Assembly: GCA_964291215.2 (NCBI GenBank)
Contig: OZ219791.1
Coordinates: forward strand, 256,001-320,000
Length of the DNA: 64,000 bases
Direction of reading: 5' to 3'
Source of the DNA: Alphaproteobacteria bacterium
GTDB lineage: Bacteria; Pseudomonadota; Alphaproteobacteria; MPNO01; UBA830
Of the stretch, positions 1 through 11,172 are shown one piece after another. The notes below the pieces were generated by a model. That model saw only the letters and a list, made by a program, of their open reading frames with translations, made no database searches and had not been told where the DNA came from. Positions within the stretch are counted from its first letter, which is position 1. The number at the start of each line of letters is the position of its first letter. Position numbers and translations under genes: made by a program.

Positions 1-1035
1 GCGGCCGTGTGCCGCGCGCCGCTTGCTTCGGAGCCCTGTCCGGCGGCGTTCGAGGAGGTGGAGCGGCGAGTTCGGGAGAGCGTGAACGTGCTGGGCTGCG
101 CGGTGCTGGGGTCGTGGATCGAGCGCCTCGACGACGGGGCGGGTCGAACGGGCCGGGCAGCGGCGGTTCCGTGTGGCGGCGACGCCGAAGACGATCATGA
201 GCGCGCTCGGCCCGGTGACCTACAGACGGGCGCGTTATCGCCACGGCGTGGGCAGCCCCTCGTTCGTGCCGGTGGACGAGAGCCTGGGGCTGGTGAACGA
301 CTGGCTGACGCGCCCGGCCGCCCGGCTCGGGCTGATGGTGAGCCATTGCACGGCCAGGGAAGCGGAAGAGTTCTTCTCGGAGATGGGCGCCATGACGCCG
401 TCGGCGAGCAGCTTGCAGCGGCTCGCCCGGACCATGCATGAGCGCTGGGAGGGGCTGGGGCCGCAGGCGCTGGAGAGCATCTGCAATACGCAGGACATCC
501 CGCCCGAGGCGGTCAGCGCCTCCGTGTCGCTCGACGGCGTCATGGTGGCGCTGCGCGCCGGCGAGGACGGGCGCGACGAAGCCTGCTGGCGCGAGGCCGC
601 CTGCGGCACGGTCTCCTTCCATGACGGGGAAGGTGAACGGCTCAAGACCCTCTACTTCGCCCGCATGCCGGGGAGCGACAAGCCCACGCTGAAGGCCCAA
701 CTCGCAAGCGAGGTCGCGTATATCCCCTAGGCCCGACATCGCCATAGTCGCCGTCGCCACCCCCGACAACTGGACCTTCCTGGAGAGCCTCTCGCCCGAG
801 GCGCAGGCCGTCGACTTCTGGCACAGCTGCGAGCATCTCCGCACAGCCTCCGACCACGCCGTCGATCCCCGCTGGTTCGAGACTTGCCGCCATACCCTGC
901 GACACGACTCGCACGGCAGCGCTAGGGTCATAAAGGCGCTGCACTACCTGCGCGACAAGGCAGGCGGCGACCGCGCCGCGCGCACCGCCATCGAGCGCGA
1001 ACTCGCCTTCTTCCGCAAGCACCGCAAGCGCATGC
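1..1035 (+). pseudogene. ISKra4/ISLre2-like (IS256/Mutator superfamily) transposase, frameshifted; cut by the window start and by IS21
   Basis: ORF 173..730 has GPVTYRRARY, VSLDGVMV and WREAACGTVSF; the downstream frame reads VDFWHSCEHL...RELAFFRKHRKRM and stops at the IS21 left end. Confidence 0.75.
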
Positions 1036-1191
1036 TGCAAATTCCTGGCGGATTTGACCGTGTGGTGCGTGGCCCTGAGCCTAGCCTGACCGGCTATCTG
1101 TGTCTGGCGGCCGCGCGGTCGTCGGAGGCGCCGTTTCTCTCCCGCCCCTTCCTCATCGATCACCTGATCGGATCGAGGAGGGAAGGGGTCG

Positions 1192-2753
1192 ATGAAGAGG
1201 ATCGGCATGATGAAGATCAAAAATATCCTGCGGCACCGTCACGATTTTGGGCTGCCGCGCTCGCAGATCGCCGCCGCGACCGGTGTGAGCACGGGGACGG
1301 TTTCGCATGTGCTTGTCCGGGCAGCGGCGGCGGGCCTTGCCTGGCCGTTGCCGCCCGGGCTCGACGATGAGGCGCTTCGTGCGCGGCTCTACCCGGCGCC
1401 GGACCAGGACAGCGACCGGACGCAGCCCGGCTGGGATGCAATTGTCGAGGCGCTCACCGCGCTCCGCAAGCGCCGCCGCGCCCGGCTGACGCGGCGCCAG
1501 CTCTGGGTCGAGTACCGGGACGAAGCCCTGGCGCAGGGGAGCAAGGCCTATACCTACAGCCGCTTCTGCGGACTGCTGAAGGGTCGTCTGCACAGCCGGC
1601 CCGGGCCGGCGCAGATGCGCTTCCACTACGAGCCGGGGCTTTGGGGCCTGTCGGACTTCTCGGGCAAGACGCTGGCGCTGCGCACCGGCCGCGGCGAGAA
1701 GGATGTCGAGATCTTCGTCGCCGTGCTGGCGCACTCGAACCTGACCTATGTCGAGGCGGTCCCCGACCAGGGCGTGCGCCACTGGATCATGGCGCACCGC
1801 CGCGCCTTCGAATACTTCGGCGGCGTCCCCGCCCGCTGGATCATCGACAACCTCAAGGCCGGCGTCGACAAGGCGGACCGCGAGGAGCCGCGGCTCAATC
1901 CGAGCTTTGCCGAGTTCGCCCGGCACTACGGGGTCGCGGTGCTGCCGGCGCGCTCGGGGCGGGCGACGGACAAGGGGCTCGTCGAAGCCTGCGTCGGGGC
2001 GGTCCAGTCGCGTATCCTGCTCGTGCTGCGCCGTGAGACCTTCTTCTCGCTGGAAGCGACGAACGCCGCGAGCCGGCGCGAGCTCGACTGGTTCAACCGG
2101 GCTCCCATGGCCTGCGGAGAAACCCGGCGCGCCCTGTTCGAGGCCAACGAACGGGCGCTCCTCAAGCCTCTACCCCGGACCCCTGGGAATGGGGCGAGTG
2201 GATCGAACGCAAGGTCGGGCCGAGTTGCCACGTCCGCATCGCCTACAACCACTACTCCGCGCCCGAGCGCCATATCGGGCGCAAGGTCCACGCCCGCGTT
2301 GGCGAGCGCACGGTCGAACTCTTCCTCGACAGGGGTGGCGAGCGGATCGCCGTCCACCGTCTGAAGAGCGGGCGCAACCAGTACGCCACCAGCCCCGACC
2401 ATATGCCTGACCGCCTGAACGCGGTGCGCGATATCCGCGAACCCGACTACGGCGACATCCTGCTCGCTGGCGCCCGCGCCATCGGAGCCAACGCGCTGGC
2501 CTGGGCCGAACGCTGCTTCGCCTCGCGCGACTTCCCCGAACAGGCCTTCGCCACCGTGCAGGGCATGATCCGCCTCGCCGACGACCACGGCGCCGAATGC
2601 CTCGATGCGCTCTGCGCCGAGGCCCTCGATGCGAACCGCCTCTCTTCCGGCTTCCTCAGGGACCGCCTCAGGGCCGGCGCCGAGCCGCGCCGTCCCCGGG
2701 CGGAAGCCGGCGAGACCATCCCCCGCCACGACAATCTCCGCGGCGGCTCCTAA
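1192..2753 (+). pseudogene. istA: IS21 transposase IstA (frameshift near 2180)
   Basis: N-terminal HTH; DFSGK, IIDNLKAGV and DKGLVE DDE motifs; the C-terminus (…HDNLRGGS) is in another frame (2403..2753). Confidence 0.85.
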
Positions 2754-2780
2754 CGACGGCAACGACAAGGGAACCAAGCC

Positions 2781-3542
2781 ATGACCCTCAGAAAACCCAA
2801 TATCGACCGCATGCTCCGGCTCGGCCTCACCGGCATGGTCGAAGCCCTGGAGGAACAGCGCGACATCGCCGATGTCGAGCAACTCGGCTTCGACGACCGG
2901 CTTGCCATGATGATCGAGCGCGAGGCCGGGCACCGCGACCACAAGAGCTATCTCGGCCATCTGCGCCAGGCCCAGCTGCGCATCCGCGCCGACATCCGGG
3001 ATGTCGACTGCCGCGCCGGGCGCGGCATCGCCCGCACCACGCTCACCCAGCTCGCTGCCGGCGACTGGATCCGGCAGGCGCTCAACCTGATCGTCGGCGG
3101 GGCGACCGGTTCAGGAAAGACCTTCGTGGCTTGCGCGCTCGCCCATCAGGCCTGCCGGCAGAAGCAGTCCGTCCTCTACCGCCGCGTCCCCGAACTGGTC
3201 ACCGCCCTCGTCCGCGCCTGCGACAAGGGCACCCACGCCCGGCTGATGGGCCGTCTCGCCAGGGTCGACCTGCTCATCCTCGACGACTGGGGCCTCCAGG
3301 GCTTCTCCGCCGAAGGACGACGCGACCTGCTTGAGATCGTCGAGGCCCGCCACCAGCGCAAGTCGATCCTGATCGCCTCCCAGATCCCCGTGCAGCAGTG
3401 GCCCGAGGTGATCGGCGAACCCACAATCGCCGACGCCGTCCTCGACCGCATCGTCCACAACGCCTACCGCATCGACCTCACCGGCGAGTCGCAGCGCAAG
3501 CGCAACAGGCCGCCGCCGCTCGACGGTGGGAACGACAAGTGA
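2781..3542 (+). CDS. istB: IS21 helper AAA+ ATPase IstB
   Basis: Walker A GATGSGKT, LLILDDWG, IADAVLDRIVHNAYRIDLTGES. Confidence 0.95.
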   Translation: MTLRKPNIDRMLRLGLTGMVEALEEQRDIADVEQLGFDDRLAMMIEREAGHRDHKSYLGHLRQAQLRIRADIRDVDCRAGRGIARTTLTQLAAGDWIRQALNLIVGGATGSGKTFVACALAHQACRQKQSVLYRRVPELVTALVRACDKGTHARLMGRLARVDLLILDDWGLQGFSAEGRRDLLEIVEARHQRKSILIASQIPVQQWPEVIGEPTIADAVLDRIVHNAYRIDLTGESQRKRNRPPPLDGGNDK

Positions 3543-3685
3543 GAGAGCCCGGCCTGGCGGCCGGGTCCAGGGGCGCCTGCGGCGCCACTCCCGACCGCAA
3601 CACCGGGCAAGCGCGCCGGCATGCCCTATGCAGGGGCTTGCCGGCGCGCAGAACACGCCTTTGCATGACAAACAGGGCTCGCTTA

Positions 3686-4910
3686 GGGCTTGTCACCAAA
3701 TAATCGAATCCGTGTTGTTTGCGTTGGCGTTTTTGTCTGTCTGGTGGTTTTGGTTGAGCGCTTGCCCAAGGGTCAGTCTGCTGGCTTCGGTTGTTTGGTG
3801 TTGGGGTCTTTCCGGGATGATTTGTCGGTCAGTTTGGTTGTCGGTTGATTGTCCGGCGCTGGTTGGGCGTTTATGTTCGGAGCATGGAACAGAGCATGAG
3901 GCACCGGTTTGCATTCCTTTCTCCTCATCTTGACGAGAAGGGTCGCCGGTTGCGGCGCAGTGTCTTGGGCGTGAGCGCAAGTCTCGGACGGCGTTGCGCG
4001 TTCGACGATTGGACGGGGTCTGAAGGAGCGGAACAACGTCGCCGCCGGCGCGCGGGCGGCGACGGAGCGTCAGCCGGGTTTGCTGGCGGCGCTGGTTGCG
4101 CCGGCGACGCGGGGCGACCCGGAACGGTCTCGGGTTTCGAAGAGCACCCGGCATCTTGCGAAGTGTCTTGAGGGGCAGGGTTGTTCGGCGTCGCTTGTCG
4201 GGCGGCTTCTGGGCGTATGCGCTGCAGGCGAAGACCCGCGAAGGCGGCGTGCACCGGGCAGTTCGGCCATATAAACGAGCAGGTTGCGGTGTTTCTTGCC
4301 GCCGGGGAGCCGACACCAGGAAGAAGGAACTGATCGGCGATTTCAAGAACGCCGGCCGCCAGTGGCGGCCGAAGGGCCGGCCCGAGGAAGTGAAGGTTCA
4401 TGACTTCGCGGACAAGGAACTCGGCAAGGCTGCCCCCTACGGAGACGTGGCCCACAACATCGGCTGATCAGCCATGACACGGCGGCGTTTGCGGCGGAAA
4501 GCATCCGGCGCCCAGGGCGCTACCCCGGGGCGGCGGCTGATCACCGCCGACTGCGGCGGCTCGAACGGGGCCCGGCTGCGGAAGGTCGAACTGCAGAAGC
4601 TCGCCAGGGAACTCGAGATCATGGTCTGCCGCCCGGCACCAGCAAATGGAACCGCACACCGCCTGTTCTCGTTCATCAGCCAGAACTGGCGCGCTGCGCA
4701 ACCTCGCCGCCATCGTCAGCCTGATCAGCGCAACCACCACCGAAGCCGGCCTCAAGGTCTATTGCGATGTCGACGAAAACACCTGTCCCAAGGGAATCAA
4801 GGATGCCGAGATCAAGGCCCTCGACATCAAGCGCGCAAAATTCCAAGGCGAGTGGAACTATTCACTCTTGCCAACACCCAATACAGAAGCGGTTGTTTCG
4901 TGACGAGCCC
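3686..4910 (+). mobile_element. ISAzo13-family element, degraded
   Basis: IRs GGGCTTGTCACCAAATAA / TTGTTTCGTGACGAGCCC; transposase remnants DTRKKELIGDFKNAG, VKVHDF, LITADCGGSNG, GEWNY. Confidence 0.8.
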
Positions 4911-5289
4911 TAAGGAGATTTTCGTTGTGCCGCTGCGGCGCGACGGATGCTGTCGCGCCCGCAGGCGCTGCGGTGGCGCCGCCTGCCTCGCCTGATCTCG
5001 CTCCCCGGGGTTCCGAGGTGATGCGTTCGCTGCACGACGAGCTGGCGGCGATCGAGAACTTCCGCCGCGCAGGAAGCACAAGGGAGGAGTTCGACAAGGC
5101 CCGCGGACGCCTCGAGCAGCGCTCGATACTTGCCGCTCGAGGACCTGATCAACTACCCCGGCAGATCGCCCACATGCTACCGCGAGCCGCCGGGAAAGAG
5201 CGCCAGCGGCGCAGCGAGCGGCAACGACTGCACCGGTACATCATCACCTTATATGACTAGGTTTTGTCCCCTTGATGATGAAATCATCC

Positions 5290-5560
5290 ACAGCAGTTGG
5301 GGGCGGGAAAATGTGGATAACCTCGACTGTGGGAGAGCGTCCGGTCTATGGTTGCAGAGAGATTCCGCTCCCCTGAGCGAACACGCACAGGGGAGCGGGG
5401 TGCGGGGATCAAACGATCTCCGCGGAGGTTGCCGTTTTGACCTTGGCCTTGACAGGGCCGCGAGCGAGTGTGGTCGGCCAACCTCCCTTGACGTCCCTCG
5501 CGTCCTGAATGGATGCTTGGGTTTGAACCCGTATCATCGTAAGGCGAGGAGCAAGAGACG
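5290..5560 (+). ncRNA. Putative IS110 bridge RNA (copy 1)
   Basis: Stem GGAGGTTGCCG/CGGCCAACCTCC encloses an internal loop with CGAGCGAG (reverse complement of target CTCGCTCG); ATGGATGCT (5509-5517) equals the donor right end plus core; boundaries approximate. Confidence 0.75.
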
Positions 5561-6386
5561 ATGGTCAAGATAGTAGCAGGGATTGATGTCAGCAAGGCCA
5601 GTCTGGACATCTGTGCGGCGGGCATTGTTTTGCGAACGACGCCACGAGCTGGCGGGCAAGTGGCTTCGCGGCCTCGGGGTGAGCCGGGTGGTGATGGAAG
5701 CGACAGGCCGCTATCACCGCAAGGTTCACCAGTGTCTTCATGACCGGGGCTTCGAGGTTATTCTCGTCAACCCGTTGCGGGCTTCGCCGAGGCGATGGGC
5801 CATCTGGCGAACCGCGTCGACGCGTTGATGCTGGCCAAGATCGGCTGGGCGATCTTGAGCCTGTGGCTCCTCAGGATGCCTTCCTCAAGAGCCTGGAGGA
5901 TCTCTTCGTGGCGCGTGCCGCGCTTGTCGACGCCAGGCAGGTGGCAGATGAGGTGGATGGCGAAGGCGAGACCGTCACAAGGGCCTCAGCGGCCGATCTC
6001 GATGACCGCATTGCCGGCGCGGCGATCAAAGCGGTGATCGCCGGTGATCCCGAGTAAGCCGAGAGGTATGCCATCCTGACCTCGATCCCCGGTCCGATGA
6101 CCGCCGCGGCCCTTCTTTGCTGGATGCCCGAACTCGGCAGCGTCGGCAGGCGGCAGCCTTGATCGGGGTGGCGCCGATGGCCAACGACCACGGTGCTCGG
6201 CACATCCGTGGCGGGCGCCGAAGGCCACGCGATCTCCTGTTCATGGCCGCAACCGGCACGCTTCAACGCGGACCTGGTGCGCCTCAAGACTGCCGGCAAG
6301 GCCCACAAGGTCGCGATTGTCGCCGTGATGCGCAAGCTCTGGCGAACACCTTGCTGCGACAGCAGCGTTGCCTGAAGTACCGGTGA
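5561..6386 (+). pseudogene. IS110 recombinase, multiply deleted
   Basis: MVKIVAGIDVSKASLDI, VVMEATGRYH, AHKVAIVAVMRKL. Confidence 0.85.
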
Positions 6387-6834
6387 GTGAGCGAAGGAGA
6401 CACGGCCCTGCCGAAAGCGCGATCGGGACTGTCTCGACAGTCTCCCTCTACGACACGACTTGGGGAGAATGTCTGCAGATCATCGTCGAGGTCGACATCA
6501 AGGAGATCGAACCGCCTTGGGACACCTGGAACCCGGACGGTCACGTGCCCGGGGACGGCAAGGTAGCCGCGTTCACGTGACCAATGGACGGCAACCCGCC
6601 GCCGGGACCACAAGCTTCATGTCGCCTCGCTCGCAGAGCAAACCCCACACCGCTTGTGGACAACCACAGAAAACATCACCACAGACACCCGCAAAAACCT
6701 TGCCAAGAAACATGGATGCTCGCTCGATGCGCAACACGCGTCGCCAGAGGAACTGCTGCGGCCGCGGGCCGTGGAAAACATGAACCACCGAGACCGCGTC
6801 TTCGGCGAGGACGCCTGCCTGACCCGCACCGGCC

Positions 6835-9800
6835 CTTTCAACATCCCACACTTCTACAGGCATCTCATTCCCGCCTTCTCTCGCCGAGTGCGTCGCGCAC
6901 CTGGATCGCCCGGTGCAGCCGCTCGAGACCCTGCCAGACCTTCTTCGTTCCCGGGAGCGATTGCCGCGCGGCAAGATGCGATCCGACAAGGCGTCCGAGA
7001 TCGACGACCACCGCCCTGATGTCGGGCGCCTTCCCGTCCGCCATCCTCACGACGTTGCGATGACCCTGCGCTTCCAGCAGCGTGTGGAGCAGGTCGATGT
7101 CCTCCTCCGCAAACACCTCGCTCGCCGAGGTCAAGGGACGTTCCCGCGCGAGGACGGTCAGGACATGGACGGCGAGGCACTTCTTCAGATCGTCGGCCCG
7201 CCGGCGGTCCTTGATCCAGGTCTTCGGCGTGCGGAACCAGGCTCCATCGCACCAGCGCCGGACGGTCGCCACGTGCACGGCCTCCGCTTGCGCCGGGCGC
7301 TCGGTGGTCAGCAGCGCCTCGTCGCCGTCTCGCTGGCCGCGAACATGGACACGGGCGTCGCCCTCGCGGTGCGGCGGCGCCACCTGTGCGGATCTCGAGA
7401 CGGACAACGCGCTCCTTGCGGGCGCGCCGGCGGCCGGGATCGTCAGCTCCGTCACGGGCCGCGACATGCTCCCGCAGGCACGCCTCGTTGCCGTCCGCAC
7501 GCGCTGGCTCGCGCGCACCAGCAGCGCGGCCCCGGCGTCCGCAGCTCCCGGAAGTCGCGGTCGCAGACCACCCGCGTGTCCGGGCAGGCCGCCGCGAGCT
7601 CCCGTGCCCGCCCGGCGCCGGCTGTCCTCCCCGGGCTCCTGCCGGAAGGCCGCCGTGAACAGGCCCGGGGGCCGGCCCTCCGGCGTCACCGCCAGATCGG
7701 CGAGAATGCCGACGCTCCCCTTGCCGATCCCGTCCGGGCCCTTCGTCGACCCCGGGCCGCTGCAGTCGAGTGCCGTCGTGTCCTGTATCGCAAGAGGCTC
7801 TGTCCGAAAACGCTCGACGATCGCCTCGACATGCGCCTCCGGAACGTGCTCCATGGAGATCCTCGGGTTCGACAGCAACCGGCCTTCTGCTCCGCCTTCT
7901 CGGGAAAGATGACCGGCAGGTCCTCCCCCATGTTCTCCATCCAGGCCCATGTCAACGATGCGCCGCCGCCCGTCGGCGTGCGCCCGTACTTCCGGTTCGC
8001 GTCAGTGCCGTCACAGGCGCCCGCCAGGGCGCCGAGTGGACGTCGCCCTGTCTCGTGGAGCGCCAGCCGCTCTCCAGCGCCAAGACCCCTCGCCGCGGCG
8101 CCCCCGCCCAGCCACGGTCCAGCCGGCGCAGTGGCAGCAGTAACCGCTCCGCGCCGACATGGGTACAGGCCGCCACCGGACGCACCGCGGGCCTCCCGGT
8201 CGTCGGCGACGTGCTCCGCCGCCATGCGCAGGACCCCAGCCCGCAGACCCGGACGCCGGGAAAAAACCGATGATGGCAGATCACGCGCCTGATGTTGGCG
8301 GCGCGGGCGTCGGCAGACCATCCGATCCACCTGTCCCGCGCCCGCAGCTGCCAGGTTGCGGACCCGAAGCCGATCCCGCGTGCCGTGGTGCTGCGAGCGG
8401 GCCCGGTAGCGCATCTGGCCGCCGGGGCGCCTATCCCGGCGGGTGGTGCGTCGCCATCATCGCCTCCCGGAGCCGGCGATCGTCGGTGCTGCCCACCGGC
8501 GAGACCGGGCCGAGATCCTGCAGCAGGCAGGCAAGCCCGGTACGTCATCGGACGGGACGGCGGGCACGACGGTCGGGGACGCTCCGCGGCGGCGGGAGCT
8601 CGAGACCCACGCGCTCGGCGAGCGCCGGCAGCACCTTCGCCGCCGCCGCCAGGCACGGACGACCAGGCGCGTTGCGCCAGCCGGTGCGCTCGCAAAGCTC
8701 GCGAGCCAGACCGTGGCGGCGGCGGAGCGCGCTAGCGAACCAGTCAAGTGTCCGTGAATCGAAATGGCGGAGACCGACCTGCATGCCCGCAGCATGCACG
8801 AAACCAATCACCTATATAGATCTGACACGTATCTACTCACCCCTTGTTGGGTTCTGATTGGCCATAGTGCTCGTTGATGATGTCTGCGGCTTTTCCGTCG
8901 AGGGCGATCTGGGTGGCGACGAGTGGGTTGTAGCCGAGTGCGGCCATGGAGGTGAGGTAGCTTGGCACCATGCTTTTGCGTGGAGCGGAAGCATCCGGAC
9001 ACCTTGACCTTTGCCATCCTGATCTTCTGTTCTCCGGCATTGTTGGTGAAGCTGACGTTGGGGTCGTCTGTGAAGCGCAGGTTTTCGTGTTTCACGAGAC
9101 GTTCGTGCAGGTTGTGCGCGTTTGCTATGCGTTTTCCTTTCGGCGGCGGCGGGATGTCGGGCAGTTCCCTGGCGCCCTGATGGTGCGGTAGCGCTTGCGC
9201 CCGGCGTCGTTCAGGGTCTTGGATGCGCTCTTGTTGATCTTGTGGCAGACCTCGCGGAGCAGGCTCTTCATAAGTCGCGCCCAGCGGTAGCCTCGACGAC
9301 AAAGGTCAGTTCGCACAGTAGGTGGCTGCCGCACAGCTGGTGGCTACACTGGCCCATGTACGAGGCCCAGGACGCCCTTGTAACACGGGCCGATCTCTTG
9401 CCCGCGCTTGCGGTGCGGGAACTTGCACGTCAGGGTCCCACGACATGGAGCCACTTACTGTTGATCCGAAATCCGGTCTCGTCGACATCGGGCGTCGCAG
9501 GAGGTGCGCCACGGCGGCCTCCTCCCATGACACGGGCGCATCGTGAAAGCATAGCCGAGGCCTCGGAGAGCTTGATGCCGGAGATCGCCTGCACGAACGC
9601 GACGGCACGGCGCAGGGACAGCATCTGGGCGACCAGCAGGTTGATGACGAGGGCCTGGATGCCGATGCCGTACTGCACGGGATGTTGTCGGGGAACCGGC
9701 CCTTGGTCCGGGCCTTGCACTTCGGGCATTCCTTGATCTCGGCGCGGCGCGACCTCGAACACGATGTCGTAGAGGACGCGGCGCTCCCGATCGACGGGGC

Positions 9801-10453
9801 CGTCGATGTCAGCGCCGCAGGCGTCGCAGGCCGCGACCGTCTCCTCGACGATAGTCTTGCGCAGGTTGTCGCCCATCTGCCGGTTCGGCTTCGGGCCCTT
9901 ACCGTTGCTCCCGGCACGCTCTCGTCCTTGTCCGTCTGTGACGGCGGCAGACCGGAGTTCCGGCTCGTGCGTGGTCTTCTCCAGAAGGACGACGATGAGG
10001 ATGTCGAGCAGGATGACGAAGACGCGGATCACGGCCTCTTTCGGCACCTTGCCGGCAGCGCCGCGGTCTTGGCCGCTTCGAACTCCTCGCGCGCCGCGTT
10101 GACCGTCGCCATCACCCGGCCTCGACGGTCATGATCGTCGCGAGCATCGCTTGGCGCTCGCCCGGCGGCATCTTCTGGTACTCCGCCGCCCGGCCTTGCG
10201 CTTCATCAGCACGCCGCCTCCGAGATGCGTTTCCACATACAGATCATGCGGGGGCTGGAGCCCCGGAAGCAGCTGGCACAGCCCGCTCGTCGCTTTCGAT
10301 CCAAAGTAGCCCACTGGCAGTCCCCGTCGTTCTCGATGACCACCACTAAGCGAATCGGCATGCAGTGTCAAATCTCCACGAAACCCGTTCGTTACTCTAC
10401 CCCGACATCAAGCCGGAACCAGGGGGTGAGCAGTTACTCTGACACTTTGAAAG
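6835..10453 (-). mobile_element. IS4-family (IS50/Tn5-like) element with N-terminal DUF4338/DruA-like region, degraded; contains IS66 copy A
   Basis: Ends CTTTCAA...TTGAAAG with 9-bp TSD GCACCGGCC (6826-6834, 10454-10462); remnants LAIQDTTALD, PGTKKVWQGL and GFGSATWQLRARDRWIGW. Confidence 0.85.
8829..10437 (-). mobile_element. IS66-family MTase-carrying element, degraded copy A
   Basis: IRs GTAACTGCTCACCCC / GTATCTACTCACCCC; 8-bp TSD TCTGACAC; remnants GYFGSKATSG..YVETHLGGG and FTNNAGEQKIRMAKVK. Confidence 0.9.
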
Positions 10454-10810
10454 GCACCGGCCCCGCAAACCGCGCCAGCCTCGACAACATCGCGCTCGCG
10501 GTGATCTTCGCCAACCGACGCGAGAGCCTCGCCGAAACACGGCGGCGGCTCGACCGCCGGGAAGCCGCAGCCCTTTACATCCCGAAAACAACTCGTCCAC
10601 GCGCCAATAACGCCGCCGGCGACGACCGCGGACGGCCCCGAAGCCGGAAAACCCGGCATGTTGTGAACCTCCGGGCAGCAGAAGACAGCAAAATTGAATG
10701 CGGCGTGGGAAAGGCCTGGGCCTGCGGCATCACGCGTTGCAGCGGATGCGGTGTTCGACTACAGTTCATGGCAAGATAAGGATCCTGTTCACTTGCACGG
10801 AGATTCAGTC

Positions 10811-11065
10811 ATGAAACCTGTTCTTGCGTTCGCGGCGGCCGCGCTGGTCGTCCTTTCGGCCCCGGCTGTGGCTGGTGAAGGCCTCGGCGGTTGCATGGGC
10901 TATCATCAGGTTGTGCAGTCGCCGGCCCCGGCGGTTTCGGCGGCGGCGCCGTCTGCCCCCGCAATGACGGCGGTGCCAAGCACGACGGCAGTCTCCCGGG
11001 ACGCCAAGAAAAAGCCTCCGCAGACAGCCAGCACCCGCATTGAGGTGGATCAGCACGGCAGCTGA
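10811..11065 (+). CDS. Small secreted hypothetical protein
   Basis: RBS GGAG; signal-peptide-like MKPVLAFAAAALVVLSAPAVA followed by an Ala/Pro-rich linker. Confidence 0.6.
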   Translation: MKPVLAFAAAALVVLSAPAVAGEGLGGCMGYHQVVQSPAPAVSAAAPSAPAMTAVPSTTAVSRDAKKKPPQTASTRIEVDQHGS

Positions 11066-11172
11066 ATCCTGCGACGACTCTCGCCCGCGCCGGACCGGGA
11101 CCGCTTTCGTCCCGGTCCGGCGCCAACGCGGACGACGCGCCGGTCGCAATCTGATCCAGAGGACTGCACAGG

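Larger units (their letters stand above)
1036..3665 (+). mobile_element. IS21-family insertion sequence
   Basis: TGCAAA...TTTGCA termini enclose istA and istB; no target duplication seen. Confidence 0.85.
5250..6720 (+). mobile_element. IS110-family element copy 1 (CT core duplicated at 5248-5249 and 6719-6720)
   Basis: Removing it restores the ISAs1 sequence CATCAC-CT-CGCTCG (compare 18355-18368); long non-coding left end, DEDD recombinase remnant, right end CTTGCCAAGAAACATGGATGCT. Confidence 0.85.
4911..10707 (+). mobile_element. ISAs1-family element remnant, interrupted by IS110, IS4 and IS66 insertions
   Basis: Segments 4911-5249, 6721-6834 and 10454-10707 are collinear with the copy at 17020-18740 (RAVENMNHRDRVFGEDAC motif; end AAAATTGAATGCGGCGTG). 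Confidence 0.75.

Noticed and set aside
7950-8800. Druantia anti-phage system
   Set aside because: Only DruA-like fragments inside IS elements; no DruE helicase or other dru genes
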